From assembly GCA_043228905.1 (NCBI GenBank), contig JBHGNT010000002.1:3348001-3412000 (forward strand): a DNA stretch of 64,000 nucleotides, in the 5' to 3' direction. A program made the position numbers and the translations under genes. Positions 35,176 to 46,665 of this stretch are shown in pieces. The stretch is from Azolla caroliniana. Lineage: Eukaryota; Plantae; Polypodiophyta. How positions within the stretch are numbered: the stretch's first letter is position 1; each line of letters starts with the position of its first letter. The notes beneath the pieces were generated by a model. That model saw only the letters and a program-made list of their open reading frames with translations, did not search any database and had not been told where the DNA came from.

Positions 35176-36509
35176 TGTCATCAGGATTTTGGCTACGGTG
35201 AGAAACCCGAATGGGACGAATAAAACGAGGATGTGCAACATTGCACATGCACTTAGAAAATTTGTAAATAAGAACAAGAAAAGTAAAATGTAAGGTGTTA
35301 AAAGTGCACTACAAAGTTCGTGCAGTACAAATGTAATGCGTACTTAGGTGCACATACACATGTAGACTAAGGGGAGTGCAGGGTGTAAGGGTGTAATTAA
35401 CAATCGGCAACGGTTCGGTTCGGTTCGATTTGAGAGGTTCCAAACTCGGAGGAGTGCAAGGTGTAAGGGTGTAATTAACAATCGACAACGGTCCGGTTCG
35501 GTTCAATTTGAGAGATTCCAAACCAAACGGGTTTGAAACCGAACCATGAAACCTGTAAATTGAACCATTAAACATTTTTCAAACCGTTAAACCATTAAAC
35601 CATAAAAACCATGATTTCGTGGTTCGGTTTCGGTTTTCAACTTAGGTCAAATCTTAATTTTTAAAATTTGTAATATTTCATTATTTTAAAATTTTAAAAT
35701 TTTAAAGATGTTCCTAAAATGTGAGAATAAGGTCTAAAAATGAAAAGATTGTTTAAAAACAATTTTAAAAATAATAATAAACCACTAAACTGTTTAAACC
35801 GCGGTTTTTTACTGTTGAAACTGAACCGAACCGTTGAAACCGTTAAGCCGCGGTTTCGCGGTTCGGCTCAGTTCAAACCGAACCGTTGCCAATTGTTAGG
35901 TGTAATAAGTAAGTATAGGACATGGTGGTGTGTGTGAGAAAATGAGAGGAGAGGGAGTTAAGGCCCATCAATCTCTCCTCCTAAAATCAAGGCAAATATT
36001 CTTCTTCAATAAGAGAGGAATATTTGGCCTCTCTTTTTGTAATAAGCCTCACCTTTTTCCATTATAAAAGGGAGTGAGGAGGCATCATTGAGGGGTCGCC
36101 ATTTTGTCATTTTGAGGTAGATTGTTAGGGATTTTCTTCTTCTTCATCTTATCTCGATTTCATTTTAGGGTTTTGGTTTGAGGTCCCCCTTCCTATCATT
36201 TTCCTTTCTCTTGATTAGGGTTTAGTTCTTCTTTCTATCCAGTTAGGTTTTCTTCTAGTTGTGCTTGAGTCCAGCGTATATGGCCGCGGTTGTAAATCAT
36301 ATTGCGGCTTTTGTGCCCTATAATGGAATTAGCTTGATGAACCTTGTCTCAGTCTAGCTCTTTAACTTGTTAATATTCGCACATTGTTCTTGACCCTTTG
36401 TGCTCGGAAGCTCATAAGGGTTAAGCTCCCATTCCCCCTCTTTTACTCCCTAGTCCAAGTTCCCCATGGTGTTGCCCAATCCGACACACACGCGTGGATT
36501 TCCGCGAGA
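35176..36509 (+). mobile_element. Solo LTR related to the 18299-18838 LTR, containing a MITE
   Basis: Colinear motifs with the 18299 LTR (TATAAAAGG, TTAGGGTTT, CATTCCCCCTC, CCGCGAGA end). Flanks are GTAG / GCGG. Confidence 0.7.
35398..35898. mobile_element. hAT-type MITE
   Basis: TIRs TAACAATCGGCAACGGTTCGGTT / AACCGAACCGTTGCCAATTGTTA. 8-bp TSD GGTGTAAT at 35390-35397 and 35899-35906. Subterminal AACCG/CGGTT repeats. Confidence 0.88.
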
Positions 36510-38063
36510 GCGGCTTGCGGGTCGGCTCGAGCAGGACTACTGGGGTCTAGGACCAGGGAGCTTAATGACCGATAGGTAGTTTGACAACCGGCGCCAACTG
36601 GGTGGTCACTAAGGTCGAACTGGCCCTATATCCGGCTTCCGCGAAAAGAGCACACGGGCTCGTAAGGGTACCGTGTACACTAGCAAGCACGAGATGAAAG
36701 GAAAAAAAAGGGGAACGAGCAAGACACACACCACACCACACACACACCCTACACCCGGATTCGGAAGGTAAAGAGTCGATTAATAGCAGGTAAAGAAAAA
36801 CAAGAAACGGAGCGACCAAGACCAAGGGCCACAAGGTAGGTGCACCCAGATACAACAATAACAATTAATTTATTAATTACAAACAAAACGAGTACAGAAG
36901 TGTCCTTAGGCAAGGTAGCAAAGCATAAGCTCCACAGACACACGGTTGTGAGCCTCTGGTCGGGAGCACACAGGCTCTCTACGGCGAGCGAAGGCCTCAC
37001 ACGGCTCTAAAAGACTCCAAACAAAACGGCACAAACCAAACCCAAATAAACAAGATCTCGAATCCTTTCCCCTAATTCGACTTTGCAAATTCTGAAAGCA
37101 CCCCCTCCTCCTAAAACCCTCCTCCCTCCATAATAGTCATCCTTCCCCTCCTTTTATAGCCCCAAGGAGGGTCGGTTACATAAGGCTATTATGACAGTCA
37201 TTTCGGTCAAAGATTTTCCCATGATTTTCTACCATCACATCCTATAATTCCTCCCTCTTTTCGGGGGCCCAAAGTACTTAGTAATTGTATGCTCTTTATT
37301 TACATTTATTTTTATACAATTACCATTTCTTGTGCATATGTGCGCACCCCTATTCCCACACATCTGACAAATTTTTCTTGTTGTGGCCAAAATCTTTCAC
37401 GACACCGGATGTTGAAGCCATCTTAATATGTGTCGGTTGGGAGATTTTGTCCGAAGTTGGCTACGAACGATCAGGGGTGTAGTCAATCAGCTCACTTGAA
37501 TTTATTCTAGCCGAATCATACATAAACTTGCCAATTTCGAATTAAGCACGAATAGCATTGATCGTAGTGCTAATCCCCGATTAAGTATAATTAGTGATGA
37601 TCTCAATGTCAATCCTACTCCGAATGACTACGACGAATAGAGGGATCTTCCCAATTTTCATCTTGTCAGATGAAGCACAGATGAGGCCAATCATAGTGCC
37701 AATCATTGTTTAAACATTGATGATGCCAATCTTGATGCCAATCCTTCTCCGAATGGCTACAATGAGTGAATGGACATTGTCGACTCGCCTGTGCAAATGT
37801 CGCTTACCCGGATAGAGCATAGATGTGGCTAATCAAATTAGGTTCCACTTCGAGTGGTTGCAACCATGAAAGAGAAGTACAGTCAGCTGGCTTACTTAAA
37901 GAGTGGTCTAACTCAGTGGAGTGTGAACCGGCAAGGCATCTTTTGATCGACAGAAATCTTGAATCTATTCCAACAAATCTGATCAATTTGAAGTCTTTAG
38001 GGAGTGTGTAACAAGAGTGTTGGTGAAGGCAAATGACGGTCAACAACAGAATGAAGAACCTTT

Positions 38064-38430
38064 GCTCTGATACCAGATGTTGGAAACTGAGACCGTTCGT
38101 GCGGAATATAAGAACAACACTATGTAATGAAGGACAGAAAGTTGATGACAAAAGTAAATGAGATGAACGAATTGATTAAACATCTTAAGGCAACTTAGCA
38201 GAGATCAACATCAAATCAGAAAATAAGTGAGATAGTAAGACACAAAGCCACGAACTATAATTGTATTATCCAAACTTAGAGTTACAAAAGAATGGCAGCA
38301 ACGATGAGCTAGGTTACAAGTTCAATTATACTATGGCAATTTCCCTTTAGTCTAATTACATAAATGTCCTAAACCTAGTCTATCTAAGTGGGACGATGTG
38401 AATACGGCCATTATGAACCCATATTCAACA
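38064..38430 (-). mobile_element. 5' LTR (38078-38430) and tRNA-iMet PBS of a further truncated LTR element
   Basis: GCTCTGATACCA at 38064-38075, TGTTG...CAACA termini. Gypsy pol sequence resumes at 38431. Confidence 0.7.
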
Positions 38431-39149
38431 AAGAGCTCACATTCTAAAGTTGATTGAGCTACTCTAGGAGAAAATCGATATGGGGATCCTCGAACCTTCC
38501 AATCCACCATATTTGAATCGATGGTTCATTATGCGAAAGAAGAATGGGAGCTTGCACTTTATTCAAGACCTACAACCCATCAACAAGGTGACAATTCACA
38601 ATGCAGAGTCAAACCGAGTGTCAATGAATTTGACGAATCCTTCGCGAGAAGATGTATCTACTTTAACAAAGATCTGTACTCAGGGTATGACCAATTCCAA
38701 CTAGTCGTGAAAAGCAAGGATATTGTCGTGACTTGAGAATAGGAGAGAGAAAAATAAGATGATAGTAGAAGGTAGAGGGAGAGAGAGAGAAAGAAAGAAC
38801 ACTAGAAATGGAAAGAGAGTTTATATTATAAGAGAGCAAGGATTACAAAGAGTAGGCTAAGGAGCTACAAACTGGTGTCGAACCGAATGAGTTGTGATGA
38901 ATGAATAGACACCTATTTATAGGTCCTTATGGAGTATTTTAGATGTTCTGGAATATTTTAGATATTTATGATATTTAATATAATCATGGAATATCCTAGA
39001 ATGTTCTAGAATACTCTAAATGTCTTGTAATAATTAATAATACATTTATTATAACTATCCATCATATATGTTAGTATAATGGTTAAAGGTCTAACATATA
39101 GACCAAGACGTCTTGGGCTCGAATCCTTGTAAGGCCAAAATGTATGTTG

Positions 39150-42100
39150 TCATGACATTATCCCGCCTTTTCGAAAACGAGTTCCACGAGTCAAAAGACA
39201 AGATTTCGGACTTGGCTTATGAGGATATTTGTTGTGAAATGCAGCAACCATTTTGGAGGCATTAGCAAGATTCTCAAGAGGTTCCCATGTTCGATCATTA
39301 GGTGTATAACCTAACCAGTCAACCAAATAATACAGTTTGTTGCGAACGATCTTGGAGTCGAGAATGGCAGCAACTTCATATTCGGAGCCATCCGAAACTT
39401 CGATTGGAGGTGGGGGAGATGTATGACGGCCTGGAATAGAGTTGGTTGTGTACGGCTCCAAAAGTGAAACATGGAAGACCAGGTGAAGATGCATATGAGG
39501 GGGAAGATCAAGGCGAAATGCCACATCATTGATCTTACCAGATATTACATATGGGCCAAAACGTTGATAATCCAATTTGCAGCAAGGTCGGGTTGTTTTA
39601 ATGCGACCTTGTAAAAGCCATACTCGATCCCCCACTTGAAACGTAGTCGATGAATCACGTCGATGACGGTCGGCAACCTTCTTTTGAGTGTTTTGAGCAT
39701 CACATAAATGGTGCAAAAGGATATCTTGAACTTCTTGGAGTCGGGTGAGCCGATCTTCAACAGTCGGGTTTGTCAGGAGTTCGAGATGTTCAAGCATAGT
39801 CCAACGAGGATGGTACCCAATGTTTGCAAAAAATGGGGAATATCCAATAGAAGAATGTTCTGAGTTGTTGTAAGCAAATTCCGCCAAATGTAATAGATCA
39901 ACCCAATCATCTTGTTGATAGTTGACAAAACAACGAAGATATTGTTCTATTGTTTGGTTGGTGCGCTCACTCTGTCCGTTAGTTTCTGGATGGTAGCCGG
40001 AAGAGAGTTTGCAAGAAGTATGTAAGAGTTTGAACATGTGCCGCCAAAATTTTGAGATGAACTGGGGACCCCGATCACTGATAATATCATCAGGAAGACC
40101 ATGATGCCGAAACACCTCTCGCATGAGTAACTCGGTTGTCTCTTGGCTCGTAATGGCCTTTGTGCAGGGAAGAAAATGTGCATCTTGGTAAAACGATCTA
40201 CTACCGTGAGAATAGAATCAAAACCCTTGGAAGGTGGTAGATCCATAATGAAGTCCAATGAAATAGATTTCCATGGACTCTCAAGAATAGGCATTGGCTG
40301 TAATAAGCCATATGGATGATGTCGAGGTTTTTTGGATCGGCAACATGTATCACAACTGCGAACATAATCCGTAACAAAATGGCGAAGTCGTGGCCACCGA
40401 TACCTTCGAGAAATTAACGCCAAAGTCTTGTGGATGCCAAAATGTCCAGCCATTGGTGTATCATGACATTGTTGCAAGACTTGGAGTCGAGAAGGACCAT
40501 CAGGCACATATAAGAAATTTTGTCGAAAAAGTAAACCATCATGCCAATTGAACTGGTTGTAGTCTTGACGAGGATTTTGAGATTGTGAACAAGAAGCACG
40601 ATCTGGGATAATATGGCTCAGAATATCTTGGGCAAATTCATCAGTCTCAATATGCTCCCGAATGGAGTCTAGAAGACTTGAATCCTCGGGTGTGTCTATA
40701 GCATGAAAAGCCATTAGTCGTAGACGGTCAGGACCCAAGAGGATTTGCTTCTGACTTTCAAATGCGGCCTCTCCTGGTTGAAGTTCCATATATGAACGCC
40801 GAGATAAAGCATCTGCTTTGCCTTGTTGCATCCCAGGGCGATATAGAATTACGAAATCAAAACGAGTTAAAAATTGCGCCCAACGAGCTTGTCGACGACT
40901 CAAGACTTGAGCACTTTGGAAGTACGTTAGATTTTTGTGATCATTATAGACAATGATTTGTTGAGACGAACCCTCCAAAAAATGACGCCATTGTTGAAAA
41001 GAATCCACAATGGCAAGAAGCTCTTTGTCGTGAATCTCATAGTTGATTTCTGCAGCTTCGAATTTCCGTGAATGAAAAGCCACATGGTGCAGTTGGCCAT
41101 CATTGCTAATCTAGGATAATACGCTTCCTAGTGCGAAGTCAGATGCATCAGCTTCTAGTATAAAGTGCTTCAATGGATCAACATGCATCAAAATTGGTGC
41201 GGATGTAAATGCTTGCTTTAATCCTTCAAATGCAGAGTTTGCATTTATACTCCACACAAATGGTTGATTCTTTAGTGTCAGTTGAGTGAGGGGCAATACG
41301 ATCTTTGAATAATCTTTGATGAACTTGCGATAAAAGTTTGCAAACCCTAAAAAACATTGTACATCTCGCACAAACTGTGGTGTTTGCCAATCCAAAACTG
41401 TTTGAACCTTTGCTGGATCCATAGAGATGCCATGTGAAGAGACTATGTACCCCAAAAATTCCACTTGACGTTGGTCAAAGCTGCACTTCTCCAATTTTGC
41501 ATAGAGAACATTTTCACACAACCGTTGTAAAGCTTGTCGAACGTGTATATCATGATCCTCTTGAGTTTTTGAGTAGATCAAGATATCATCTAGGTAAATT
41601 ATGACGAAAATATCGAGGAAATCTCGAAAAATGTCATTCGCCATATGTTGGAAAACTGTTGGTGCATTCGTGAGACCAAATGGCATCATTGTATACTCAA
41701 AATGGCCATAGCGAGTACGAAAAGCAGTCTTCCATTCATCCCCAAGACGAATTCGAACAAGATTGTAAGCACCTCGAAGATCTAACTTTGTGAAATACTT
41801 AGCTCCATTGAGGCGTTCCAGAAGGCTCGAAATCAATGGTAGAGCATATCGGTTTCAAATAGTTACTTTATTTAATCCTCGATAATCCACGACCAGACGA
41901 AGCAAACCATCTTTCTTCTTAACGAAAAATATGGGTGCGCTGGCAGGAGATCTTGAATGTTGGATAAACCCATTCGCCAAGTTCTCATCGATATATTCCC
42001 GAAGAACCTCTAACTCTGTGGGTGAAAGGCTATAAATTGGCCCCCATGGAGACTCTTTTCCGGGCTGCAAATCAATCGGACAATCATATGGTCGATGCTC

Positions 42101-42793
42101 TGGTAGTCTATTGGCCTTCACCTTATCAAAAACATCGGAGAATTCTATATATTTCTTCAGTAGTTGGACCCCCGATTCTTGTGAGCTCGATGTGGGAGTT
42201 GCTAAAACTGCGAACACCAACATGTCTTCCTTCCATCCTTCCTCACGTAATTGATGTATAGAGATTGTCGAAATCTTTTGGAATGTCATATCCTTTGTTG
42301 GATTTTTAAGAGGGTCAGATTGTATTGTGACTTCTTCAATGGTTCTTTTTCTCCAATCAAAAGTTGGGTTATGTAGCTCAAACCATGGAAGACCAAGAAC
42401 TAGGGAGTGCTCTGGACTACTAATGATGTTGAATGAGATGACACTATCCAAATTGCCTAGGACTACATGAATTGGTTCAGACTCTTCAACTATATCACCT
42501 GATGCTATGGGGCGTCCATCAATGACTCTGACTGACACTGGGCTTGGGAGCTTATGCAACTGAATATTATGCATTACAGCAAACTCACGATCCATGAAAC
42601 AAGAGTTGGCTCCAGAGTCTAAGAGGGCAGAAGCTGGGACTCGATGGCACCTAGATGTGTTAAGCTCAACTTGTGCAGAGAAAACTCGACTAACTTGACC
42701 GGATGAAATGGAACCACAACTAGGGACGGACGTTACATGCCTAGGGCTATCCAACCAAATGGCTCCGATTTTGGCCGGACTTACTCGTTTAAC
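39150..42793 (-). pseudogene. pol: pol (protease, RT, RNase H, integrase, chromodomain) with a few lesions
   Basis: LLDSGA, YLDD, ADASD, HHCC zinc finger, SDRGPQF, GPY and chromodomain in successive ORFs. Confidence 0.95.
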
Positions 42794-44351
42794 ACATCAT
42801 CTAATTGGCTCAAAACATCAAATGTATTTTTATGACAGGGACTACTAGGCCTACTTGGGTTACGAGAAGGCGGGGCAGAAATTGAGATGGGATTGTCATG
42901 AGCACTTACTTGGTTAACTTGTCGTCGTGGTTTATGTGGACAATTCACAGCAATATGCCCTAGACCACCACAATAGAGGCATAGACGATTCGCTCGCCGT
43001 CGTTGCTTTTCAGCATCCGATAATGGTCCTCGACGTCGTGTTGTCTCGATTTCCATTGGAGTAGGGCTTTCCACCACACTTGACTTTGATACTTGGGGTG
43101 GAGTTGCAACCACCGAAGCATATGTTTCTGTTGGTCGAAAGCGTAACATTTGTTGGCGCTCAGAACGCCGCTCAAATAAGCGATTGTCACATCGCACGGC
43201 CCGGCTTACTGCTTTAGTAAGAGATTTTGGATCATCATGGAAGGTAAGAAGTAAATCCTTCACATCATTGCGCAGACCTTGACGAAATTGGTCCATTAAT
43301 GCCGCCTCGTCCTAGGGAATATCACATGCTAGAAGGCGAAAATCTGCAGCATAAGCGGAAGCAGGACGATCTCCTTGTCGTAATCGCCGAATTTTGTTTA
43401 TTGCAGTCCTCATACTATCAGTGTCTCCAAAGTTGGCTTGGAACTCATTAATAAACCCTTCAAAATCTTCTAATAATGGTGAGTGTCAGGAATAGTACTA
43501 AAATAGAGATGGAATTAGTACTAAAGAAGAGCAGTACTATTAGTACTAAGAGGACGGGACTGCGTAAGACTCCCGAGAGAGGAAGTGAGAAGAGGAGAGA
43601 GAGAGAGATAGCGAGAATGAGAGAGAGAGAAAGATGATGACAGCAGCTAATATATTATGTGAAAGATAAGTACAAAGCGGCTAAGAGGCTTAAGACTGGC
43701 GTTGAACCAATTTGGTTCAACATAATGCCTAGTGCCTTCTTTTATAGTGTTGTCAGGAGTAATCCTGAAACTTCTAGAATGTTCCAAAGAAATCTGGAAT
43801 ATACATTACTTTCTTATAATAAAACATAAATGAAAATAATATCCTATGAATTACAATAGATGGTGTGATGGTTAAGAGCTCGACCCATATACCATAAGGT
43901 CATGGGTTCGAGTCTTGCCATATTATGACAATGAGTGCTTCTCTAGGAGTGGTGCAAACCACGCTAATGCGGTACTCGTTAACAAGGTACCAACTAGACC
44001 CACACGAGCAACATTAGTTGGGTAACGGCTAGGATGCAATTTAATCACAAGCCGTACCTGATTTAAAAATCCACGAAACTGAGACCTTGTACCATCAAAC
44101 TTGGCCGGCAGACTAATCTTGGGTTCCTTCGGCGAGGTTTGAACTTCCGCCGCTTGTCGTTGCAATAGAGTAGTCTCCAATTGATGCACCCGTTGAGATA
44201 ATTCTTCATATTGTTGTACTTTCTCAGCACTTACTTGTTGTAGGTCTCCCAGCAATCTTTGATTTTCATACTCTAGTGCCACGAATTTGGTTGTTAGCAT
44301 TTCGAGCTCAGAGAGAACACGCATATATTCTTGTTTGCTGACGGACTCCAT
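42781..44351 (-). pseudogene. gag: gag (coiled coil, capsid, CCHC) interrupted by a solo LTR
   Basis: PKISLPAKFDG, PMEIE and CLYCGGLGHIAVNC. Confidence 0.92.
43484..43930 (-). mobile_element. Solo LTR of chromovirus family B
   Basis: Reverse complement of the 49883 LTR. TSD GTGAG/ATGAG. Confidence 0.92.
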
Positions 44352-46363
44352 AGTTGCGATAGAAAATTGCTAGATTTGGTTGAATAAGGTTAAGATAAGA
44401 AGAAGAAGTTGGAGAAGAAGAAAAGAGATAGATTCGGTTCAAACTGTCGTGACTTGAGAATAGGAGAGAGAAAAATAAGATGATAGTAGAAGGTAGAGGG
44501 AGAGAGAGAGAGAAAGAGAGAGAAAGAACACTAGAAATGGAAAGAGAGTTTATATTATAAGAGAGCAAGGATTACAAAGATTAGGCTAAGGAGCTACAAA
44601 CTGGTGTCGAACCGAATGAGTTGTGATGAATGAATAGACACCTATTTATAGGTCCTTATGGAGTATTCTAGAATGTTCTGGAATATTTTAGATATTTATG
44701 ATATTTAATATAATCATGGAATATTCTAGAATGTTCTAGAATACTCTAAATGTCTTGTAATAATTAATAATACATTTATTATAACTATCCATCATATATG
44801 TTAGTATAATGGTTAAAGGTCTAACATATAGACCAAGACGTCTTGGGCTCGAATCCTTGTAAGGCTAAAATGTATGTTGTCATGACAGATATCACGGTGA
44901 ACCCCTATCAGCCTAGTGCAAATGTGTACCTTGCCACAAGGAGGCACAAACTTTGTTGCCCACTTTGTTGCCCACATGGTGAATGCAATGAACAAGGTAT
45001 TCAGAGATTGCATCCGAACATCACCATGTCATTCCTCGACAACATTCCAATAAAGGGGTGTCCAAAACCGGACAAAGATGAGACCTTGGACGGGGAGGGA
45101 TGCAAGCATTTCGTGACAGAGCATATCACTAAGTTTGAGAAGGTGTTGCAAAGATTGGAAGATGTGCACCTAACCTTCTCATGCGAATTGGAATTCGGTC
45201 AATCGAAGATTCTCATGGTAGGACACTTGTGCAAGGCATATGGACAAAAGCCATCCTCATCAAAGGTGGACACCATCTAAGAAATGAAGGAAGAATGTAA
45301 ATCACAAACAGAAATGATGTGATTGCTTGGGTGCTCGTGCATTCTACCATATTTGGATTCCACACTACGTTCACATAGTCAAACCTTTGCACGTTCTTAT
45401 CAAGAAATGAAGGAAATTCAAATGGGAAGATGAGCACACAAAGGCAATGAGGAAGACCTCATCAACAACCTTGAATGCCATTTGAGGCAAAATTAGGAGT
45501 TAATACTTGCAATCTAATATTCCAACTTTGACATTTTAGCATCTTGTTGCTTTATCCTTAGTTCCTCTAGTAATCTATACTCAATGATCACATACTTCAT
45601 AGCATCACATGAGAGCTCCAATAGATCTTTTACTCCCCATGTCTTACAATTTCATAATGTCAAACACCCAACTAGATGAGAGGATTTTGCTCTTATTAGT
45701 TTTTTGTTTGTTGCATCCTATGTTCCAAGCTTATTTGGGTAATCTATCAGGCATATCCTTGACCTTTGTTATATATGTGTGTATACTCTTTGCAAGGTGG
45801 TAGATATTAGCAATGCACTTACTACGTAGTCTATTCAAATAATCCTTCACCAAATCATCTTACATAATCATGCCTCCAAATGGGGTGTATTACAAGGGTT
45901 TTTATAGTTGTGGGTGATGGAGAGAGATAGTTTTGCATTGCATGCATTGTTTGGATATTTTGTATTAACTACTATTGGACTCTTTAATGAGCTCATATCA
46001 AATATTTTACTATATCCTTCAGGGATCAACTAATTTTCTATTACCTAAATGGCCCTTTTATTATGATCGTTGTCGGTTGGTTTACATAGCACCCCCTATA
46101 ACATGGGGTCATATCAATAGTTAACAAAGGGTATAAATTACAGAATTGTCATTCCTACTTTTTCCAAAAAAGAATATACTCCATTAGTTAAAATATACAT
46201 GAACACGATCCCTTTCTCAGGTAGGCCGTGCCAAGATTATCCTAGCCTACATACGAGAGATCTCACTTATTTATCTTACACTTTTACATATGACTCAAGC
46301 CATCCTTTCAGATACATCACCTACCTTCACTATCCCACTTGCCATGTCTTTCACACCCCTCGT

Positions 46364-46665
46364 TCAACTAATGGGAGGGGGAAACAACCATCTGGGTACA
46401 TCATACTTCCATAGTATATCCATTCCATTTGCTGCGGCCATCGGTGTCGTACACCATCTTTTTCGAAAATTCAACCTCATTAGGTCTGCAGCATCATTAG
46501 TACCATTAATCCACTCATATTGAGCTCTTAGTGTAGTTATGAGTGTGTGCCAAATTAGCTTAATCGATTCAGCTGGAGGGCGTTTGTGTGCGGAAAATAC
46601 CCTGGTACACCTTGTTGTCCATATATGCCATATAGTAATGGGGGCAAGCAACATCCAAAGATCTT
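46364..46665 (-). pseudogene. LINE (L1-like) ORF2 C-terminal fragment
   Basis: Trp-rich ITIWHIWTTRC..VF motif, typical of plant L1 ORF2 ends. Confidence 0.65.

Larger units (their letters stand above)
33863..37404 (-). mobile_element. 5' part of another tRNA-Trp Gypsy element: gag relic 33863-~35115, PBS 35135-35152, 5' LTR 35158-35175 plus 36514-37404
   Basis: Perfect 18-nt Trp PBS. Gag fragment MEAFKTEMLMRDIP...WSEFEERL. The LTR ends TTTCACGACA at 37404. Confidence 0.8.
38724..44887 (-). mobile_element. Ty3/Gypsy chromovirus (Tcn1/Tf1-like), family A
   Basis: LTRs 38724-39157 and 44445-44887. TSD GATAT. Chromodomain YEVAAILDSK...YLVDWLGY...TWEP. No tRNA PBS. Confidence 0.97.
38431..45460 (+). 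pseudogene. pol: Degenerate Gypsy reverse transcriptase fragment split by the 38724-44887 insertion
   Basis: GILEPS...RWF...KKNGSL.FIQDLQPINKVT and DLYSGYDQ before the insertion; FLDNIPIKG and VLQRLEDVHLTFS after it. Confidence 0.8.

Noticed and set aside
43861-43925. Functional tRNA gene
   Set aside because: Acceptor, anticodon and T stems do not pair properly, so it is reported only as a tRNA-like promoter cassette.
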